From the NCBI GenBank assembly GCA_965205485.1, contig OZ242180.1, forward strand, positions 3,936,001 through 4,000,000: a DNA stretch of 64,000 bases, read 5' to 3'. Every line of letters begins with the position of its first letter. Positions within the stretch are counted from its first letter, which is position 1. The notes beneath the pieces are model-generated. The model searched no databases. It saw only the letters and a program-made list of their open reading frames with translations, and was not told the DNA's origin. The stretch is from Candidatus Latescibacterota bacterium (lineage in GTDB: Bacteria > Latescibacterota > UBA2968 > GCA-2709665). This document shows positions 59,100-64,000 of this stretch, piece by piece. A program made the position numbers and the translations under genes.

Positions 59100-60587
59100 T
59101 CAATGCCGGATGCCGAGGCGCGACTCCAGTTTCCTGGTAACGGTTTTCAGCACCCTGATTCTGGCATAATACTTCGAGTTGGATTCGACAATCACCCACG
59201 GTGCGTTCGGTGTGCTGGTCCGATGGATCATCTCTTCCACCGCTTTCTCGTATGCATCCCACTTCTCCCGGTTTCTCCAGTCTTCGTCCGCGAGCTTCCA
59301 CCGCTTGTGGGGGTTCTTCTTCCGGTCCTTGAACCGGCTGAGCTGTTCGTCTTTGTCCACGTGCATCCAGAACTTGAGAATGACGGCGCCAAAGTTCGTC
59401 AGGTGTTCTTCCATTTCGTTGATTTCCCGGTAGGCGCGTTTCCACTCGGATTCCGAACAGAATCCCTCGATGCGTTCAACCAGGACCCTCCCGTACCAGG
59501 AGCGGTCGAAAATCGTGATGTGTCCGGTCTTGGGCATTCGGTTCCAGAATCGCCAGAGATAATGGTGATCCATCTCAATGTCGTTTGGCGCCGCAACGGG
59601 AATGACTTCATACCCTCTGGGGTCCATATTCTCCACAAGGCGTTTGATATTGCCGCCCTTGCCCGCCGCGTCCCAACCTTCGTAGACGAGCACAACCGGG
59701 ATGCGGCGGCGGTGGACCTCGTGTTCCAGGTTCTTGATACGGGCCTGGTACTTCTTGAGGGCCTTGCGATAGTCGGATTTCTTCATGGATTTCGACAGAT
59801 CGACCTTCTTCAGCAAGCCGGAAGGGGTTTTTTCGAGTTTGGGCGGCGATGGCCGGGCTGAGTCGTCGGCGTTCTCCAGTTGACGAATTCTGGCTTCGAC
59901 GGCGTCGATAACAGTCCTGAAGATCGTTATGTTTGCGGACCGCCAGTTATCGGCTCCCAACGGCGTCCACGGCGCAAACTCGGAATGTGTCCCTTCCAGC
60001 ATTTCCGTGGCCACTGCCAGGCACTCCCGGTAGTTCTCGTGCTTCTGCCAGTCGTAGTCGGTTACGCGCCAGGCCGTCGACGGGCTGCTCTGAAGCTTCA
60101 TGAACCGTTTCCTCTGTTCGGCCTGTGAGATGTGCAGAAAGATCTTGACGATAACCGTGCCCGCGTCGACGAGCTGTTTCTCAAAGGATCTGATTTCGCC
60201 GTAAGCCCGATTCCAGTCCTGTTCGGTGATCGTCTGGTCCATTCGTTCCACGAGAAAGCGTCCATACCAGGAACGGTTGAAAATCGCGATTCTCCCGCCC
60301 TCGGGAATCTTCGTCCAGAAACGCCACAGGAACGGCTTTCTGCGCTCTTCCTCGTTGGCCGGATGCGTCGGGTACACGGTAAAGCCACGGGGATCAAGCG
60401 CCAGGAGGAGCTTGTTGGTCTGCGTACCCTTGCCTGACGCCTCGAGACCCTCGAAGACAACGACAATCGGGATCTTCCACTTTCTGGCGTTTCGCTGAAG
60501 TTGCCCGAGTCTCAGTTCGAGGCCCGGTATGACTTCCTTATATTTCGATTTTGCCACTTTTCGCGAAAGATCGACGGTGTCGAGCAT
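59100..60587 (-). CDS. ppk2: Two-domain polyphosphate kinase 2 (polyphosphate:AMP phosphotransferase, class II)
   Basis: Tandem PPK2 domains: FEGLEASGKG...NRSWYG and YEGWDAAGKGG...DRSWYGRVLVER. Confidence 0.93.
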   Translation of the reverse strand: MLDTVDLSRKVAKSKYKEVIPGLELRLGQLQRNARKWKIPIVVVFEGLEASGKGTQTNKLLLALDPRGFTVYPTHPANEEERRKPFLWRFWTKIPEGGRIAIFNRSWYGRFLVERMDQTITEQDWNRAYGEIRSFEKQLVDAGTVIVKIFLHISQAEQRKRFMKLQSSPSTAWRVTDYDWQKHENYRECLAVATEMLEGTHSEFAPWTPLGADNWRSANITIFRTVIDAVEARIRQLENADDSARPSPPKLEKTPSGLLKKVDLSKSMKKSDYRKALKKYQARIKNLEHEVHRRRIPVVLVYEGWDAAGKGGNIKRLVENMDPRGYEVIPVAAPNDIEMDHHYLWRFWNRMPKTGHITIFDRSWYGRVLVERIEGFCSESEWKRAYREINEMEEHLTNFGAVILKFWMHVDKDEQLSRFKDRKKNPHKRWKLADEDWRNREKWDAYEKAVEEMIHRTSTPNAPWVIVESNSKYYARIRVLKTVTRKLESRLGIRH

Positions 60588-60996
60588 CCGGTCTCCTTTC
60601 TCCGACTAACGCAAACCTTGATTCGTAAGTCTTCGGTGACGTTAATTCGAAATTGTGCTTGTAAATAAAGGCGATTAGACGGCGGATAACCAGGAAACAC
60701 CAGGTCACCGGACGTGAAGGAAAAAACATCCTTCTATACGTCGATAACGCCCTGTTTCGGAAGGTTTTATCGCGTCGCCGCGTTGCTGTATTGTCGGATT
60801 GAGGCTCATCCCGGTGACTTTCGGGAACATGATTAGGGCATTGGGACACCGATGTCAACCGGATAAACAACGGTTGCCGCTGCCGACGGGAGAGGCGAAG
60901 GAATATCGTGCGGCAACCTGGCGAGTTCCTTATATTGTGCGAAACCCGGATGTTCACTCGCAAAAGGCCCGCGAAGGGGTTTATTGAGGAGAAAGC

Positions 60997-61995
60997 ATGC
61001 CAATTCGTCTAATTCACCTTGGTGTGGGGGGCAGGGGAAGGTGGCCGGTTCGTCGCGTGCTGGATCGGACGGACTTTGAGAGTGTGGCGCTCGTCGACGT
61101 AAACGAAGACAATCTGAGGTCGGCGCGGGAGGATTCGGGATTGCCTCAAGCCGCGTGTTACCGGTCTTTGGGCGAAGCGATCAAAGGCGTGGAGGCAGAT
61201 GCCGTCATTGTCATTACGCCCCCGCATATGCACGCCGATCAGTGCCTGCAGGCGGTTCGGGCGGGCAAACACGTTCTGGTGGAAAAGCCGTTTACCAAGA
61301 GCCTGGAGGAGGCGTGCCGGGTCGTGCGTGAAGCCGACGCGATGGGCGTCAGGGTGGCCGTCTGCCAGAACGCCAGGTACGCGCCCGCGCACGTCACGAT
61401 CAACCGTCTCGTAAGACAGGGCGTTTACGGACGGCCTGTGTTCGGACTGATGACCAAGTACGGCTGGAGACCCCGCGTCCACCATTCCGGGGAAGACGAA
61501 CACGCCTATCTATGGGAACGGGGCATTCACGATCTGGACACGCTTCGATATCTGTTCAACGCCGATCCCGTACGCGTATGGGGGCACAGCTTCAACCCGC
61601 CCTGGAGTCCTTACAAGGGTGGCGCGGGTGTTCACGCGTGGATCGAATTCGAGGGTGGGGCGACCTGCGGATATCTGTGTACGTTCGCCGCGCATAAGGG
61701 CGGATCGACTCTGAGGCTGGAACTCGAAGGCGGCGCACTGGAAGTGACCGACGCCGGTCTGGTCCTGCGCCCGCAAGGAAGGGACGAAGATGAAGTCATC
61801 GCTCCCGATCGGACCCCGCCGCCGGAAGAGGTCCTGCTGGACGGGTTTCAGCGGTACGTGACGGAAGGCGTACAACCGGGTTTCGGCGGACACCGAAATC
61901 TGCCGACCGTGGGAATGGTGGAGGGAATCGGGGCGGCGTCTGACGATGGGCGTGTCATCGATTTTCACACCTATATGGCGAATGCGGGCGCGTAG
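60997..61995 (+). CDS. Gfo/Idh/MocA family oxidoreductase
   Basis: GVGGRG, HVLVEKP, IHDLD; RBS gaggag. Confidence 0.9.
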   Translation: MPIRLIHLGVGGRGRWPVRRVLDRTDFESVALVDVNEDNLRSAREDSGLPQAACYRSLGEAIKGVEADAVIVITPPHMHADQCLQAVRAGKHVLVEKPFTKSLEEACRVVREADAMGVRVAVCQNARYAPAHVTINRLVRQGVYGRPVFGLMTKYGWRPRVHHSGEDEHAYLWERGIHDLDTLRYLFNADPVRVWGHSFNPPWSPYKGGAGVHAWIEFEGGATCGYLCTFAAHKGGSTLRLELEGGALEVTDAGLVLRPQGRDEDEVIAPDRTPPPEEVLLDGFQRYVTEGVQPGFGGHRNLPTVGMVEGIGAASDDGRVIDFHTYMANAGA

Positions 61996-61996
61996 A

Positions 61997-62665
61997 ATGG
62001 AGGTAGGCGACGTGGCTGAGTTGACATATCCCGACCTGGATACCTATCGGCGGGAGGTGTTCGCCCGGGAGGACGAACTGCTGAAAAGCGTAATGCCCGG
62101 CGCGGCCGCTCAAGGGCTTCCGCGCATATCCATCAGTCCGGAATCGGGCAAGACACTATACCTTCTGGCAAAGGCAGTCGGAGCGAAAAGAATTCTGGAA
62201 TTCGGTTCGCTCGCCGGCTACTCGGGGATATGGCTGGCGCGGGCATTGCCGGACGACGGGCGTTTTACATCCCTCGAGGTGGATCCGAAACACGCCGAAG
62301 TGTCGCGCGCTAATCTGGCTGCGGCAGGCCTCGCGGATCGGACTGATGTGCGGGTGGGAGCAGGCGCCGTGTTGATGCGGGATCTGGTGGACGAAGGGCC
62401 GTTCGACCTCGTCTTTATCGATGCCGACAAGGAAAACTACCCGGTGTATCTGGACTTCGCCCTCGCAAACACCAGGGTCGGCGGGCTGATCGTGGCGGAC
62501 AACGCAAATGGTCACGGTCATGCGCACGAAGCGCTGGACGAGGGAGACGGCCGGCGTGGAATTCAGGAATACAACAGACGCGTGGCGCAGCACCCGCGCC
62601 TGGTTTCGAACATCATACCGGTTGGAGGTTGGCTGGCGGTTTCACTGGTTGTTGAAACGGATTGA
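61997..62665 (+). CDS. SAM-dependent O-methyltransferase (Methyltransf_3 family)
   Basis: ILEFGSLAGYS, FDLVFIDADK.NY, IVADN; start 61997 or GTG 62012. Confidence 0.92.
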   Translation: MEVGDVAELTYPDLDTYRREVFAREDELLKSVMPGAAAQGLPRISISPESGKTLYLLAKAVGAKRILEFGSLAGYSGIWLARALPDDGRFTSLEVDPKHAEVSRANLAAAGLADRTDVRVGAGAVLMRDLVDEGPFDLVFIDADKENYPVYLDFALANTRVGGLIVADNANGHGHAHEALDEGDGRRGIQEYNRRVAQHPRLVSNIIPVGGWLAVSLVVETD

Positions 62666-62710
62666 ACCGCCGAACGGCAAAGCCGGGAAGGCGCCGGACG
62701 GGGAACGCAC

Positions 62711-64000
62711 ATGCGGATGAAGAAAAACCTCCTCGTGATTCTGTGCGATCAACTTCAGAGACAGACTCTGGGTGCTTACGGAGGGCGAATTCCCACGCCC
62801 CGTCTCGACGGGCTGGCCGAACGAAGCGCGGTATTCCAGGAGTTTTACTGTGCATCTCCATTGTGCGTGCCCACCCGCCCTTCCATGATGACCGGACGCT
62901 GGCCGCACGCCCACGGCGCGACGACGTTCGGCCCGGGGTACGAAACGTTGAACGCCGGCGAGCAACTGCTGATCGACGTACTGCTGGATAACGGGTATCA
63001 CGTCGGATACGAGGGTATCTGGCACGTCAACCGGCAGCCTGAGGACGACCGGTCCGGAGAATACGCCCACTTCGTGCCGCGCGGCTTCCCGTACAAGGAC
63101 CATCTCAGAATGCTGATCGCACAGGGCGGTAAAGACGGAGATCAGAGGGCCCCCATCTCCACCCCCACGGACGGTGGGGCAATGTACGATTGGGGAATAA
63201 GCATCCCCGTACCGGCGCGCTGGCTGGAGCCGGCCGATGCCCATCCCGATATGGAGATTGCAAGAAACGTAAGTGAATTCGTCCGCCGCGCACCGGTCGA
63301 TCGGCCGTTCGCGGCATGGTGTTCGCTGGGCGGTCCCCATCCCCCGATTCTGGTTCCTGAACCGTATTTCAGTATGTTCTCGCCCGGTGAGATGGCGCCT
63401 CCACCGAGCTTCGGCGAGGACATGGACGGTCTTCCGGGTCCTGTTCGGAACGCAGCCGGAGCGCAGTGCGTGCGAGGCTGGTCCTGGCAGCGCTGGGCGC
63501 TGGCGACGGCAACTTACTGGGGTTTCGTCGCGTTTCTGGACGTCTGCGTGGGCAGGGTCCTGAATGCACTGGAGGCTTCCGGCAGGGCGGACGACACGGT
63601 TGTTGTCTTCACCTGCGATCACGGTGAAATGCTCGGCGCTCACAACCTCTACCAGAAGGGCGTGCTCTACGCGGAATCCATCCAGTTGCCGGCAATGATC
63701 GCCTCAACAGGTATCGAACCCGGTGTTCGAGGCGGTTTCGGCTCACACGTCGATTTGCCGCCGACCATTCTTGACCTGCTGGATCTTCCGCCGATGGCGG
63801 GGGTACAGGGCAGAAGCCTGATGCCGGATCTGACGGGCGCCCGGAGCGGCGCCGGCGGGGCGGCGTTTGTCGAGTTCAACGGGTATAACCGGGGAGGGAT
63901 TCATACGAGGGGGGTGGTGACCGACACTTACAAATACATCTACCATCACCGCGATGCCGATCAACTCTTCGATCGCAAAGCGGATCCGAATGAGCTGCAA
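62711..64000 (+). CDS. Sulfatase (formylglycine-dependent), truncated by the window end; absent from ORF track
   Basis: MRMKKNLLVILCDQLQR...SPLCVPTRPSMMTG (CxPxR), GPHPP, FTCDHGEMLG, SHVDLPPT; no stop seen before 64000. Confidence 0.9.
   Translation, partial: MRMKKNLLVILCDQLQRQTLGAYGGRIPTPRLDGLAERSAVFQEFYCASPLCVPTRPSMMTGRWPHAHGATTFGPGYETLNAGEQLLIDVLLDNGYHVGYEGIWHVNRQPEDDRSGEYAHFVPRGFPYKDHLRMLIAQGGKDGDQRAPISTPTDGGAMYDWGISIPVPARWLEPADAHPDMEIARNVSEFVRRAPVDRPFAAWCSLGGPHPPILVPEPYFSMFSPGEMAPPPSFGEDMDGLPGPVRNAAGAQCVRGWSWQRWALATATYWGFVAFLDVCVGRVLNALEASGRADDTVVVFTCDHGEMLGAHNLYQKGVLYAESIQLPAMIASTGIEPGVRGGFGSHVDLPPTILDLLDLPPMAGVQGRSLMPDLTGARSGAGGAAFVEFNGYNRGGIHTRGVVTDTYKYIYHHRDADQLFDRKADPNELQ

Noticed and set aside
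59077..59445. Extension of the enolase ORF overlapping ppk2 (possible fusion or frameshift)
   Set aside because: Both genes are complete with their own RBS and start; the overlap is an open alternative frame in GC-rich DNA
60590..60990. 400-bp divergent intergenic region as a possible sRNA or Pho-box region
   Set aside because: No clear repeat, terminator or known RNA motif seen
1..64000. CRISPR array, tRNA/rRNA, prophage, integron, reverse transcriptase or intact transposase
   Set aside because: No regularly spaced repeats, RNA gene signatures or corresponding protein motifs found by inspection

Overview
GC-rich, gene-dense bacterial chromosome window from a diderm organism. TamAB, lipoproteins, a dockerin-like C-terminal tail, HprK and many catabolic hydrolases suggest an FCB-superphylum lineage such as Latescibacterota or Gemmatimonadota (inference only). 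I found no rRNA, tRNA, CRISPR array or intact transposase. Housekeeping genes: asd (behind a clear lysine riboswitch with a terminator/antiterminator platform), clpB (behind a consensus sigma-54 promoter), tamA/tamB, map, hprK, an aspartokinase and a two-domain ppk2. Catabolic genes: two paralogous CehA/McbA-like metallohydrolases, amidohydrolases, TIM-barrel epimerases, a long UxaA-family dehydratase, a lactonase, an enolase-superfamily enzyme and a partial sulfatase. An accessory block carries a HEPN gene, an MNT(-HEPN) gene and an ECF sigma/anti-sigma module. The most unusual system is a ~10 kb metal-uptake locus (34.5-44.7 kb) with two Feo systems and three different DtxR-family proteins. 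Operon 1 has a Cys4-tailed regulator, an intact feoAB and a 59-aa Cys peptide missing from the ORF track. Operon 2 has a membrane-anchored DtxR-FeoA-FeoA protein, a cleanly split FeoB and a soluble DtxR/SirR-type repressor. Each operon has its own distinct palindromic operator. Two copies of a MITE-like element and several REP-like palindromes are also present. Start codons were adjusted from the ORF track where an RBS or domain boundary supports a shorter start. All calls come from reading motifs by eye; no database searches were run.
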